A DNA stretch of 37,554 bases from Deltaproteobacteria bacterium (lineage in GTDB: Bacteria; Myxococcota_A; UBA9042; DTJE01): the NCBI GenBank assembly GCA_013151875.1, contig JAADHL010000179.1, forward strand, positions 1 through 37,554. The letters are read 5' to 3'. Positions 1-8,465 of this stretch are shown here, piece by piece (position 1 is the first letter of the stretch; the number at the start of each line of letters is the position of its first letter). A program made the position numbers and the translations under genes. The notes below the pieces were generated by a model, which saw nothing but the letters and a program-made list of their open reading frames with translations, did no database searches and was not told where the DNA came from.

Positions 1-379
1 GGTACAGTTCGTTCGTCGAATGAAGACGCCCTCCCTGGTCCGCGTCCAGGGCCTCCAGGCAGTACTTGGCCATCAGCGGGTTGAGCGAAATCAGTCGGTC
101 GGCCATCAGCTTTCGGATCGCCCGCTGGTCATCGGCATCGAGGATGTCGAAAGCAAATTGGCCCAGGGTGACAGCAGGTCCGCCCGTATCTATATCCAGG
201 AATTCCAGTAAGGTCCCGTGCGTCGGCTTGTCGAACAGGTTGTTCATCCTCATGAACTCCCTGAGGGCCTTCGGCGTGGGCGTGGAGGCGCGGATTTCCC
301 CCAGCAGAAGGGCCATTGCGTCCATGTAGGCCATGGGATCCGTGTTGGGTATCGGTGCAAACCTTGTTGCCTGAGCCAT
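1..379 (-). CDS. hypothetical protein, N-terminal part only (gene runs off the left edge)
   Basis: Absent from the ORF track because there is no stop inside the window. My own reverse-complement translation from ATG at 379 (MAQATRFAPIPNTDPMAYMDAMALLLGEIRAS...AKYCLEALDADQGGRLHSTNELY) is open for 126 codons down to position 2. GGAGG lies 6 nt upstream of the ATG (386..390 on the minus strand). I recognised no family motif. Confidence 0.55.
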   Translation of the reverse strand, partial: MAQATRFAPIPNTDPMAYMDAMALLLGEIRASTPTPKALREFMRMNNLFDKPTHGTLLEFLDIDTGGPAVTLGQFAFDILDADDQRAIRKLMADRLISLNPLMAKYCLEALDADQGGRLHSTNELY

Positions 380-490
380 GGTCTTCCTCCGTCGGTCGAT
401 AGTATACCTTTGATGTCCGATTGCGAAAATCTGCTAAAATGCGCGCCCCGGGTCGGATGGCCCGACAAAACAGGCAAGGGGGAACCGCCC

Positions 491-2761
491 ATGAGAATGC
501 GATTCACATTGTTCCTGGCCCTGTCCATAGGTATTGCCGCGCCCCTGGCCGCCCGGCCGGCGGACGTCTTTCCGGTGGTCTACCGCGCCACCAAGGTCAA
601 TCAGGCCGGCACATCCGTAATGGTGGTCCTGCCCGAGCCCTTCGAGGGGTTCGAGCCGTCCAGGATCAACGACTCTCTGCTGAGGGCTTTCGACGCCCTG
701 AAGGACGCCCACCCCTACGAATACGGAAACGCGACCCTGCTGCTGAACGGGGTGCAGAGCGGGGCCCGCCGGGCCACCCTCAACCTGGACCCCGAGCGAT
801 CCGACTACTGGGACCTGGTGGCATCCGAGGTCTATTACACGCTGCGGGGCCTGGGCGCGGCGGAGGTGCGGGCCCCGGCCATCCGGGCGACACCGTTGGA
901 CGCATCGTCCCTGCGCCTCCCCGTGGCCCGCCTGACCGTGCCTTACTACGATGCCCTGCCGCCGCACCGCTATGCAAACGTGCTGGTGGCCGTTTCGCCC
1001 CTGGAGGTGATGCCCGCCGATCTCTTCTACCTGAAGCTTCAGCGAGCCGATCGCGGCCTCATCGAAAAGGTCCTGGGCGGGCTGGTCCGGGGCGGCGAGG
1101 CGGCCCGTCTGGCGGTGCTGGCCGCGTTTCCCCACCTGCGGGTGGATCGCAGGGCTTCGCGCCTGATGCCTCTGTTGGACGACCCTTCACCAGGGGTGCG
1201 CCTCGCCGTATTGAAGCTGCTGGAGAACGAGAAGGGCAGCGAGGTCAACAACAGGCTTTCACGGGTGGTCGAGACCGATGACGACCCCAGCGTAAAGTTG
1301 GCCGCGGTGCACATTCTGTCGAGCCGCGGCATCCGCAGGTACGACGTGTTCATCGAAATGGGCAAACTGGGCGACCCGTCCGACCAGGTGGTTATTGGAG
1401 CCATCGAACGCCTGGTCTCGTCGCGCAATCCAGTGGTGGCAACGGCCCTGAACCGATCACTGAGGCACAAGAGCGCTGCCGTGCGCGAGGCCGCGCGCAA
1501 GGGGCTCATCTCTCTGGGGGCTGGGGCAGTCATGGTCAAGGCCCTGCACGACGACCGGGTGGACGCGCAGACGCGCGGGATACTTGCCCGCCACCTCGCC
1601 TCATCAAAAATCGCGAGCGAGAGGACCGAGGGACTGTCGTATCTGATCAAGTCCGGGGACGCGGCCCAGGCCGTGTGGGCCGCGGGCGTGCTGGGTGACA
1701 CGAGGCCCGGCGACGGACTGGGACTGCTGTACCAGGCCCTGCTCAGAAACGAGCCGGAGGTCAGGTCCGCGGCGGTCAAGGCCATAGGCGCTTACCACAA
1801 TCCAGTCAGCCTCAAGCCCCTTTTGGGCTCCATCCACGACGACCGCGAGAAGGCGCTGGTGGAACAGGTGGCGGTGGAGGTCATCGCGGCACAGAATCTG
1901 GACACCATCCTGGCGTTGATGGAGGGCCGGGACGTGACCATACGCCGCCTGGCCATGAAGGCCCTGGGTGACGCCCTGAAAGGGGCGCTTCCGCCGCCGA
2001 GGGCCATTTCAGTGCTCAAGGCGCGCCTGGGCGACAAGGACCTGGACGTGCGCCGCGCCGCGGTCTATGCCCTGGCCAGGGTGTCGGATCCCAAGGTCGC
2101 CACGTCCATCATGAAGCTGTCGGGCGACCCCGACGACGAGATTCGCGCCGCAGCGGTGGTGGCGGCGGCCGGTTCGAACGATCCAGCGGCCGCCGGGATA
2201 CTGGTGAAGGCCCTGTCCGACCCGTCCGACAAGGTCAAGTCCGCCGCGCTGGACGGCGTGGCCGCCAAGGGGATCCAGGCCGCGCGCGCGTCCCTGAAGA
2301 TGCTGGGCCAGCACCGCAACGTGGAGGTCAGACGCAAGGCTGTCACCACCTACCTGGGGCTTCTGAAACCCGGTGAGGCGGCCGGCGAACTGGACTTTCT
2401 GACCCGGCTCCTGTGGGATCGCGACCCGGACGTCAAGCTGGCCGCAATCGGGGCAGTAAAGCAGGTGCACGAGCGTCGGGCCATCATAGCGATATCCGGC
2501 CTGGTGATAGACCCGTCGCGCAAGGTCAAGGAGGCCGCCATTAAGGCCCTTGCCGGTACCCACGAGAAGGACGCGCTCGAAGGGATCGAAAAAGCGGTCT
2601 TTGACGACGATGGATCCATCCGGATGCTGGCCCTGGACGCACTGGCAACGCTTGGGCGCAGCGAGGCCCTGGACTTCCTGTCCGAGGTGATCAGGATGGA
2701 GAAGGACCCCCAGGTCAAGGCCCGCGCCGAGGCGACAAGAAAGATCCTCATGGAACGGTAA
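491..2761 (+). CDS. secreted HEAT-repeat (PBS-lyase-type HEAT) protein
   Basis: Part of ORF 218..2761. I chose the internal ATG at 491 (MRMRFTLFLALSIGIAAPLAARP) because it gives a classic signal peptide and has AGGGGGA upstream. From about residue 250 onward there are many repeats of the D-x-D/S-x-x-VR-x-x-A-x-x-AL type (DDPSPGVRLAVLKLL, DKDLDVRRAAVYALA, DRDPDVKLAAIGAV, DPSRKVKEAAIKALA). Confidence 0.8.
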   Translation: MRMRFTLFLALSIGIAAPLAARPADVFPVVYRATKVNQAGTSVMVVLPEPFEGFEPSRINDSLLRAFDALKDAHPYEYGNATLLLNGVQSGARRATLNLDPERSDYWDLVASEVYYTLRGLGAAEVRAPAIRATPLDASSLRLPVARLTVPYYDALPPHRYANVLVAVSPLEVMPADLFYLKLQRADRGLIEKVLGGLVRGGEAARLAVLAAFPHLRVDRRASRLMPLLDDPSPGVRLAVLKLLENEKGSEVNNRLSRVVETDDDPSVKLAAVHILSSRGIRRYDVFIEMGKLGDPSDQVVIGAIERLVSSRNPVVATALNRSLRHKSAAVREAARKGLISLGAGAVMVKALHDDRVDAQTRGILARHLASSKIASERTEGLSYLIKSGDAAQAVWAAGVLGDTRPGDGLGLLYQALLRNEPEVRSAAVKAIGAYHNPVSLKPLLGSIHDDREKALVEQVAVEVIAAQNLDTILALMEGRDVTIRRLAMKALGDALKGALPPPRAISVLKARLGDKDLDVRRAAVYALARVSDPKVATSIMKLSGDPDDEIRAAAVVAAAGSNDPAAAGILVKALSDPSDKVKSAALDGVAAKGIQAARASLKMLGQHRNVEVRRKAVTTYLGLLKPGEAAGELDFLTRLLWDRDPDVKLAAIGAVKQVHERRAIIAISGLVIDPSRKVKEAAIKALAGTHEKDALEGIEKAVFDDDGSIRMLALDALATLGRSEALDFLSEVIRMEKDPQVKARAEATRKILMER

Positions 2762-3202
2762 TCAGGCCTGATCCTTCTTGAAGTTGGCGAAAAAGTAGAA
2801 TAAGCCGAAACGCCCGCCCATGAACCCGGACTGGTTGATCCACTTGCTGCGGCCGGTTGCGGGGATCCAGTTTCCTGGGTCGCCGTCGTCTACGGACTGA
2901 GCCAGATCCACGGTGCTTTGGGTCCCACTGGTAAACGGTGTCTCGAACCTGAACGTGTAGCCCCGTGTAGGCTCGGGTCCCGCCACCTTCACGACCTCGT
3001 AGGTCTTGCCGGCCACCGTGTAGCCCGTAGGGTGGTTGCGCGTCGTGTACGGCGAGTAGAATCTCAGCCATATTGTCCCAGTAAACATCATGTCCGGAAT
3101 CTCCATCCGGAACTGTTTTCCCGAAATAGTGCAGACAATGGTCTGCGCCCCAGTCGGGATCGCCTTGGTGCAGGGCAGATAGGTGACATTGATTGTACCC
3201 AT
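2762..3202 (-). CDS. small hypothetical protein (146 aa), no recognisable family
   Basis: ORF 2762..3202. ATG is preceded by AAGGAGG (3211..3217 on the minus strand) with 8-nt spacing. It lies 47 nt downstream of, and co-oriented with, the kinase gene. Composition is beta-rich (T/G/Y/F) with no signal peptide. Its stop codon directly abuts the stop of the convergent HEAT gene. Confidence 0.6.
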   Translation of the reverse strand: MGTINVTYLPCTKAIPTGAQTIVCTISGKQFRMEIPDMMFTGTIWLRFYSPYTTRNHPTGYTVAGKTYEVVKVAGPEPTRGYTFRFETPFTSGTQSTVDLAQSVDDGDPGNWIPATGRSKWINQSGFMGGRFGLFYFFANFKKDQA

Positions 3203-3249
3203 GGCAGAAACCTCCTTGACTACGACCCTCTATCGATCACGCCGTGGTC

Positions 3250-6200
3250 TCAATTGACCACGGGTTGATCACTTCCGTCCCCGGGCGCCATGCGCAGGAC
3301 GCGCCTCAGGGCCTCGGCTTCCTCGTGCAGTTCCAGGTACTCATATACCAATATTCCATCCAGTCGATGTTGTACAGCGCCGTCCAGGTCGCCCCTGTCC
3401 TCGAGGATGCCGGCCAGCGCTTCATGGGCCCGCGCGACCGAGGGATTGACCCCTTTGTCCCGTTTCGTGGTGTCCAGGCATTCCCTGAAATACCGCTCGG
3501 CCTGGTCTATGTCGCCCTCGCCCCGACAGGCAAACCCGAGGTTGACCAGGCTGATCCTCTCGCCGAACACATAACCTGCGCGTCGGTACAGTTCCAGCGA
3601 CCTCAACGCCAGTTCCCGTGCGTTCTTCCATTCCTTCAGGTTGAGGCTCAGGTCGGCCAGACTTGTCAGGCATCCCGCCACCCCCCTGGAGTCTCCCATC
3701 TGTTCGCGGATGGCCTGCGCGCGCATGACGGCGTCCCTGGCCTCCTCGACGCGACCCATCGCCGTCAGCGTGGTGCCGAGGTTGTTGAGGTGCCCGGCCA
3801 GCCCCCTTGCGAAGCCTGTCTGCTCGCACAGCCCTACCCCGATACGGAAGATCTCTTCGGCCTCTGCCGTTCGGTTGCTTTCAAGCAACTTCGCGCCCTT
3901 GAAGAAAAGGGCCTCGGCCCTCTCGATGAAGTCGCGAGGGCCGCTCAGTATTTCGAGGGCCCGGTCCATGTGATCGAGGCATGCACTGGTGGAACCCACC
4001 TTGCGCATCAGCCTGCCCCTGGCGAGGTCGATCAGGCCCAACGTCCGTGTTTTGCCGTAGGAATGAACCAAGTCGTCGGCGTGGTCCATGAGTCGCGCCG
4101 CCTCGCCGTTTTCCCCCAGGTCCATCTTGATGTCCGCCATCTGGACCAGGGCGTTGGCCGCCCTGTGATGGTCGCCGCGCGCCTCGCAGGCTTCGACCAG
4201 CCCCTGGAGTATCGACAACGCCTCCGTCGGTCGTCGTCTGGCCTCGGCCACTCGGGCGGACAAGGCCACCGCAAGCAGCGTTTCCGGCGTATCACGTTCC
4301 CTGCGACGCGGCTTGCCCATGGCCTTGAGACGCTCATCGGCTTCCTCATAACGTCCCTCGCGCCAACTGAGTTCGGCCAGGGCCAGATGGACCCGCTTCA
4401 TACGCGAGTCCTTTTCCAGGCGCATCCTGACCATGGCGGCCTCGGCCTCCCGGTACAGGTCGCCCGCATCCCTGAAGCGCGCGTCCTCCATGGCTGCTTC
4501 GCCCGCGGTCAGCAGGTAGTCGGTGGCCGTGTCCAGGTAGCCGGTCTCGATATAATGACGGCCCAGGTCCGCGGCGACGCGTCCGATGTCCTCCGAATAG
4601 GCCGTTTCCAGGACCTGGGCGGTCAGAAGGTGCAGGCGGGCCGTGGTGGAATCCCTGGGTCGTCCGCGAATGGCCTCACCCATGAGGGGATGCGTGAAGA
4701 CCAGGGAATCGTCGTCGCCCCAGGGGACCCGATTCAGGAATCCGTCCCTGGTCAATCGGTCCACCAGCGGGTCCAGGGCATCCCGCAGGTCCTTGCGGCC
4801 CTCCCTGTCGACGAGCGACCATAGGTTGCCGACGGCGGCCCACCGCCCCAGCATGGCCACGCGCGTCAGCAGTTCCGCGGCCGCGGCCCCATCGGGAAGC
4901 TCGTGGGCCAGGTCCTCGATACGGGTCGTCAGCAGGTCCAGAAGGGCCTTGGGCACAGAAGTATCCGCGCCGGCCACCAGACGCACCATGCGGTTGACAA
5001 GTGCGATGGCGCCCCTGGACCCGAGGTGCCTGTACATGTGCACGGCGAACATGGGATTGCCCCCGGCGGCGCGGTGGATCAGCCGCCTGACCTGACCGCT
5101 GCACTGGGCCTGGGACATGCTCTCGATCAAGGCGACCACGTCACGTTCGGTCATCCGGGACAAGACACGATACCCGCCGGCCACTTTGACCGTTGACATG
5201 GCCCTGCGCAGGACTTTGTATTCGTCGTCCTTGGACCTGTTTACGGGCATTGAAGTCACAAGGACGACCAAAGAGCATGGGTAGGAGCCCATCTGCCTGC
5301 ACAGCCTGTCCAGAAATGCGATGCTGTATGTGTCGGCTTCGTGGAAATCGTCCAGGCGCAGCACCAGGCCCCTTTTTGCGGTAAGCCGGCGCAGGAAGCC
5401 CTCCACGGAGGCCTGTATGTAGTCCACGAACACGTCCTTGTCCATGTGGGCCATGTCGCGGGCTGCCGCGCCCGGGTACAGGAGGGCCGTCACTCCGTCG
5501 GTCATCGGGTCGTCGTGACTCACATCGGCCAGTTCGGTCAAACGGTCGCGCACCTGGGCCTGAGTCCTTCCCTCCACGCCCAGCAGGTCGCCCATCGCGG
5601 CCCGCCATGACCCCATCACCGAGCCCCTCGATCCGGTCGGAGAAGAAGCGGTGAGGAACCCCCGTTCGGTGGCCTTGTGCTGGAAGCGGATACCCAGGGT
5701 CGTCTTGCCCGATCCCCGTTCGCCGGTGAACCAGTTCACCGAACCCCGGCCTTCCTGGGCCGCGGTCAGCGCCTCGTCGAGCAGGCTCAGTTCCCTTTCG
5801 CGGCCGATGAAGTCCGGGTCGCGCAACCTGATGGCCCGGGGCAGCGTGTCGAACCATGAATCGTCCTCGTCGAACTCCGGTTCCCGCGCTCCTTCGGGCA
5901 CGGCGGGGGACGCAGGCAGCATGCGCTTGAACCTGCCGATCACCTCGTCCACGCTCGGCGGTCTTTGCGCCGGGGACTTGGCGAGCAGTCTCAACAGAAA
6001 GTCGTCCAGCGCGCGGGGGACCCGGGTCTGCGGACGGGCGATGCTGATGGGCGACGGCACGGATTTGAGGTGCTCCTCCAAGGGGTCTATGCCGCTGAAA
6101 ACCGGGTCGCCGGTTATCAGTTCGTAGGTGATGGCGCCCACCGCGTAGAGGTCGGAGCGTTCGTCCAGGGCCTTTCCCCGTATCTGTTCAGGGCTCATGT

Positions 6201-6831
6201 AAAGGGGTGTGCCGGCCTTGCCCAGCCCGCCGCCGAAAAACGCGGGCAGCCTGCGGATTCCGGTAGCCAGTCCGAAGTCCAGCAGCTTGACGAAGTCTTC
6301 CTGCCCTTCCGTCTGCATCAGGTAGAGATTTCCCGGTTTGAGGTCCCTGTGGATGACGCCGGCTTCGTGCACGGCATCCAGGGCTTCGCACACCTGCAGC
6401 ATGATGCGCAGCGCCCTGACCCAGCCTACCGGGCCTTCCTGGGCCAGTGCCCGCGCGACGGACTGCCCGTGCAGGAATTCCATTGCCAGGTAAAAGTGAT
6501 TCCCTTCGAACTCGCCGTGATCGAAGATCGAGACGATGTGGGGGTGATGAATCCGGCTCGCCAGGAACGCCTCGTTTTTCAGGGCGTCCACATCGCCCAG
6601 TTCGCCGCCATCGGGTACGGCCACCACTTTCAGGGCCACCTCGCGCTGGATGGATTCCTGTGACGCCAGGTACACTTGGGACATGCCCCCGCTGGCCACC
6701 AGGCGTTCCACCGTGAACTGACCGGCGATCACGGTCCCGCGGGCCAGGACCAACGGACGGCCGCACCTCGCGCATTCCCTCGCGAAAAGGGGAAAGTCGG
6801 CCTCGCATTCTGAACAATGCTTACGGTTCAT
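3250..6831 (-). CDS. multidomain Ser/Thr protein kinase: N-terminal zinc ribbon, Hanks-type kinase, STAND/AAA ATPase, C-terminal TPR array
   Basis: ORF 3250..6834 (first ATG at 6831). Zinc ribbon: CSECEADFPLFARECARCG. Kinase motifs: VALKVV, HRDLKPGNL, DFGLA, GTPLYMSPEQ. Walker A is FTGERGSGKTTL and a Walker B-like motif is LVLRLDDFHEAD. The long C-terminal region is TPR-like, with repeated A-x-x-x-Y/F-x-x-A-L/G helices. Confidence 0.9.
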   Translation of the reverse strand: MNRKHCSECEADFPLFARECARCGRPLVLARGTVIAGQFTVERLVASGGMSQVYLASQESIQREVALKVVAVPDGGELGDVDALKNEAFLASRIHHPHIVSIFDHGEFEGNHFYLAMEFLHGQSVARALAQEGPVGWVRALRIMLQVCEALDAVHEAGVIHRDLKPGNLYLMQTEGQEDFVKLLDFGLATGIRRLPAFFGGGLGKAGTPLYMSPEQIRGKALDERSDLYAVGAITYELITGDPVFSGIDPLEEHLKSVPSPISIARPQTRVPRALDDFLLRLLAKSPAQRPPSVDEVIGRFKRMLPASPAVPEGAREPEFDEDDSWFDTLPRAIRLRDPDFIGRERELSLLDEALTAAQEGRGSVNWFTGERGSGKTTLGIRFQHKATERGFLTASSPTGSRGSVMGSWRAAMGDLLGVEGRTQAQVRDRLTELADVSHDDPMTDGVTALLYPGAAARDMAHMDKDVFVDYIQASVEGFLRRLTAKRGLVLRLDDFHEADTYSIAFLDRLCRQMGSYPCSLVVLVTSMPVNRSKDDEYKVLRRAMSTVKVAGGYRVLSRMTERDVVALIESMSQAQCSGQVRRLIHRAAGGNPMFAVHMYRHLGSRGAIALVNRMVRLVAGADTSVPKALLDLLTTRIEDLAHELPDGAAAAELLTRVAMLGRWAAVGNLWSLVDREGRKDLRDALDPLVDRLTRDGFLNRVPWGDDDSLVFTHPLMGEAIRGRPRDSTTARLHLLTAQVLETAYSEDIGRVAADLGRHYIETGYLDTATDYLLTAGEAAMEDARFRDAGDLYREAEAAMVRMRLEKDSRMKRVHLALAELSWREGRYEEADERLKAMGKPRRRERDTPETLLAVALSARVAEARRRPTEALSILQGLVEACEARGDHHRAANALVQMADIKMDLGENGEAARLMDHADDLVHSYGKTRTLGLIDLARGRLMRKVGSTSACLDHMDRALEILSGPRDFIERAEALFFKGAKLLESNRTAEAEEIFRIGVGLCEQTGFARGLAGHLNNLGTTLTAMGRVEEARDAVMRAQAIREQMGDSRGVAGCLTSLADLSLNLKEWKNARELALRSLELYRRAGYVFGERISLVNLGFACRGEGDIDQAERYFRECLDTTKRDKGVNPSVARAHEALAGILEDRGDLDGAVQHRLDGILVYEYLELHEEAEALRRVLRMAPGDGSDQPVVN

Positions 6832-6862
6832 CACCCCGGCTCAGACTGGTCCGATAGGAAAT

Positions 6863-6890
6863 AGGTTAGTGGAAAATACTGGAAAGTCAA
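6863..6890 (-). promoter_or_regulatory. candidate sigma70-type promoter for the kinase gene
   Basis: On the minus strand, TTGACT (6890..6885), a 16-nt spacer, then TAACCT (6868..6863), about 32 nt upstream of the ATG at 6831. It sits in a locally AT-richer intergenic stretch. This is a pattern match only. Confidence 0.25.
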
Positions 6891-7067
6891 ATGGTTGACG
6901 ATGCGAGCAACCTAAGCCGCAAGGGTTGTTGAAACGTGCCTTCCGATTGCACTTTCCGGTTCGCGGTAATGGTTCGATACTGCTGAAGCCACCTCCAAAT
7001 CCGCGTCAAAGACGGCGGCTCGCCTTGTTTGCAGCCAATTTGCCCATTCGGCAGGTTAGGACGGAAA

Positions 7068-8444
7068 ATGGATCGGATGATGCGTCTTTTTTACCACAAA
7101 GCGGCCGTGGCTCTTGTCACCGCTAGTCTGACGCTTGCGTGCGGCGCCGGCATGACCCAGGTCCAGAATGCACGGTCACAGAAAGCACGGTCACTGCCCG
7201 TGGCCGGTTCATCGAAAGCGGCGGCCCCGTACAGGACTGGGGTCAAGGCGCCGGCCGACGGGATGCTGGGGATCCAGATTCCCATATATGACCCCAGCGG
7301 TCGCTCACTTGCCGCTTTCCACGACGCGCTGAGGCGTGCAAGGGATCAAAAGGGTCAGGCGCGCATTGTTTTCTACGGCGCGTCACACGTGGCCGGTGAC
7401 ATATTTACCGGATATATTCGACGCGAATTACAGCGCAGGTACGGCGATGCTGGGCACGGTTTCGTAATGCCCGCGAGGCCCTGGCGCACGTATCGACAGG
7501 CGGACGTCAACATCAGCTCGACCAACACCTGGCACACGGACAGGGTCAGCAAGCCGGACGACCGCAAGGACGGCTGGTACGGGCTGGCGGGCATGAGCGT
7601 TTCCTCCGGTTGGAAAAAGAACTGGGGCGAGGTCAGCACCACCAAAGACAACCGCGTGGGACGCAGGGTCAGCCGTTTTGAGCTGTTCTATTTAAAGCAG
7701 CCGCGCGGCGGCCGCCTGGACGTAAAGATCGACCACCGCAGGGTGAAGCGCCTGCGCACGTGGTCGAAACGGATTGAGCCGGGCTATGCGGTGTTCAAGG
7801 TCCGCGACGGCAGGCACACCTTCGGCATACGGCCGGTAGGCGACGGCGAGGTCCGGATCTTCGGCGTGGCCATGGAGAGGGACGTGCCGGGCGTCATCCT
7901 GGACACCCTGGGCATCCCAGGGTCGCGCGCCCGTTATCAGCTCGAATGGAACCCGGATCTGTACCGCGAGCATCTGCGTCGGCGCAGGCCCGACCTCGTT
8001 GTGCTGGCCTACGGCACCAACGAGTCGGGCGACGATGTCGTGCCGATTGAAAAGTACGAGGAGGATTTGCGAGCGGTGTTGGACAGGGTCAAGGACGCCG
8101 TGCCGTCTGCTTCGTGCCTGCTGATAGGCCCATCGGACCGTCCCATCCGCCAGAAAATCCAGAAAACCCAGAAAATCCGGGACAAGCGGGAAACTGAAAG
8201 CGAATATCGGTTCCTGCCCAGACCGAGGACCGCGCAGGTCATCGAAGTCCAGCGCCGTGTGGCCGAGGATTATGGTTGCGGGTTCTTTGACCTGGTGGCC
8301 TTCATGGGAGGCCCGATGTCCATGATTCAGTGGGTGAACGCGGACCCACCATACGCCGCGCAGGACTATGTGCACTTCAATCGCCTGGGCTATGAACGCC
8401 TGGGCGAGGTGCTGCTCAAGGACCTCCTGGACGGCTTCGAGTAG
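7068..8444 (+). CDS. SGNH/GDSL-family hydrolase or acyltransferase-like lipoprotein (paralogue of 19345..20928)
   Basis: ORF 7029..8444. ATG at 7068 gives MDRMMRLFYHKAAVALVTASLTLAC with the lipobox LTLAC. SGNH blocks: IVFYGASHVAGD (block I, GAS instead of GDS), VLAYGTNESGD (block III), DYVHFN (block V, DxxH). It aligns by eye along most of its length with the MBOAT-adjacent protein 19345..20928 (shared GDAGHGF, VSRFELFY, GDGEVRIFGV/GHGEVRMYGV, MERDVPGV/MERPGPGV). Confidence 0.7.
   Translation: MDRMMRLFYHKAAVALVTASLTLACGAGMTQVQNARSQKARSLPVAGSSKAAAPYRTGVKAPADGMLGIQIPIYDPSGRSLAAFHDALRRARDQKGQARIVFYGASHVAGDIFTGYIRRELQRRYGDAGHGFVMPARPWRTYRQADVNISSTNTWHTDRVSKPDDRKDGWYGLAGMSVSSGWKKNWGEVSTTKDNRVGRRVSRFELFYLKQPRGGRLDVKIDHRRVKRLRTWSKRIEPGYAVFKVRDGRHTFGIRPVGDGEVRIFGVAMERDVPGVILDTLGIPGSRARYQLEWNPDLYREHLRRRRPDLVVLAYGTNESGDDVVPIEKYEEDLRAVLDRVKDAVPSASCLLIGPSDRPIRQKIQKTQKIRDKRETESEYRFLPRPRTAQVIEVQRRVAEDYGCGFFDLVAFMGGPMSMIQWVNADPPYAAQDYVHFNRLGYERLGEVLLKDLLDGFE
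8151..8177 (+). repeat. in-frame 9-bp tandem repeat (CAGAAAAYC x3)
   Basis: CAGAAAATC CAGAAAACC CAGAAAATC encodes QKIQKTQKI. It lies in an insertion that the paralogue 19345..20928 lacks. Confidence 0.8.
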
Positions 8445-8465
8445 CGAGGGGGCCGCTGGTTTCAG

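Noticed and set aside
218-490. 5-prime extensions of track ORFs: 218..2761, 7029.., 15495..16562, 22341.., 23829..25337, 30028..32553, 31926..33032 and 34835..37048.
   Set aside because: The extensions overlap neighbouring genes or intergenic DNA, have Arg/Pro-rich composition and lack homology. Internal starts give canonical N-termini (signal peptides, MCGIAGF, MKLSVVIPCYNE, MTDDP...lipobox) with RBSs.
3244-4824. Long ORFs antisense to, or overlapping, well-supported genes. Examples: 3244..4824+, 434..1135-, 1039..1785-, 5965..6663+, 13384..14394+, 15687..16445+, 17790..18683+, 19978..20931+, 20825..21874+, 22542..23360-, 24186..25160-, 25763..26617-, 27611..28612-, 28770..30005-, 31767..32927+, 33964..35577-, 34826..36106-, 36284..37009-.
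   Set aside because: These are typical shadow ORFs of GC-rich DNA. Their translations are Arg/Pro/Gly/Ala-rich low-complexity sequence with no family motifs and no RBS. Each lies opposite a gene with strong motif support.
7530-7535. TGGCAC hexamers (7530..7535 and 17282..17287) as possible sigma-54 -24 elements.
   Set aside because: Both lie inside coding regions, and neither has a TTGC -12 element at the required spacing.
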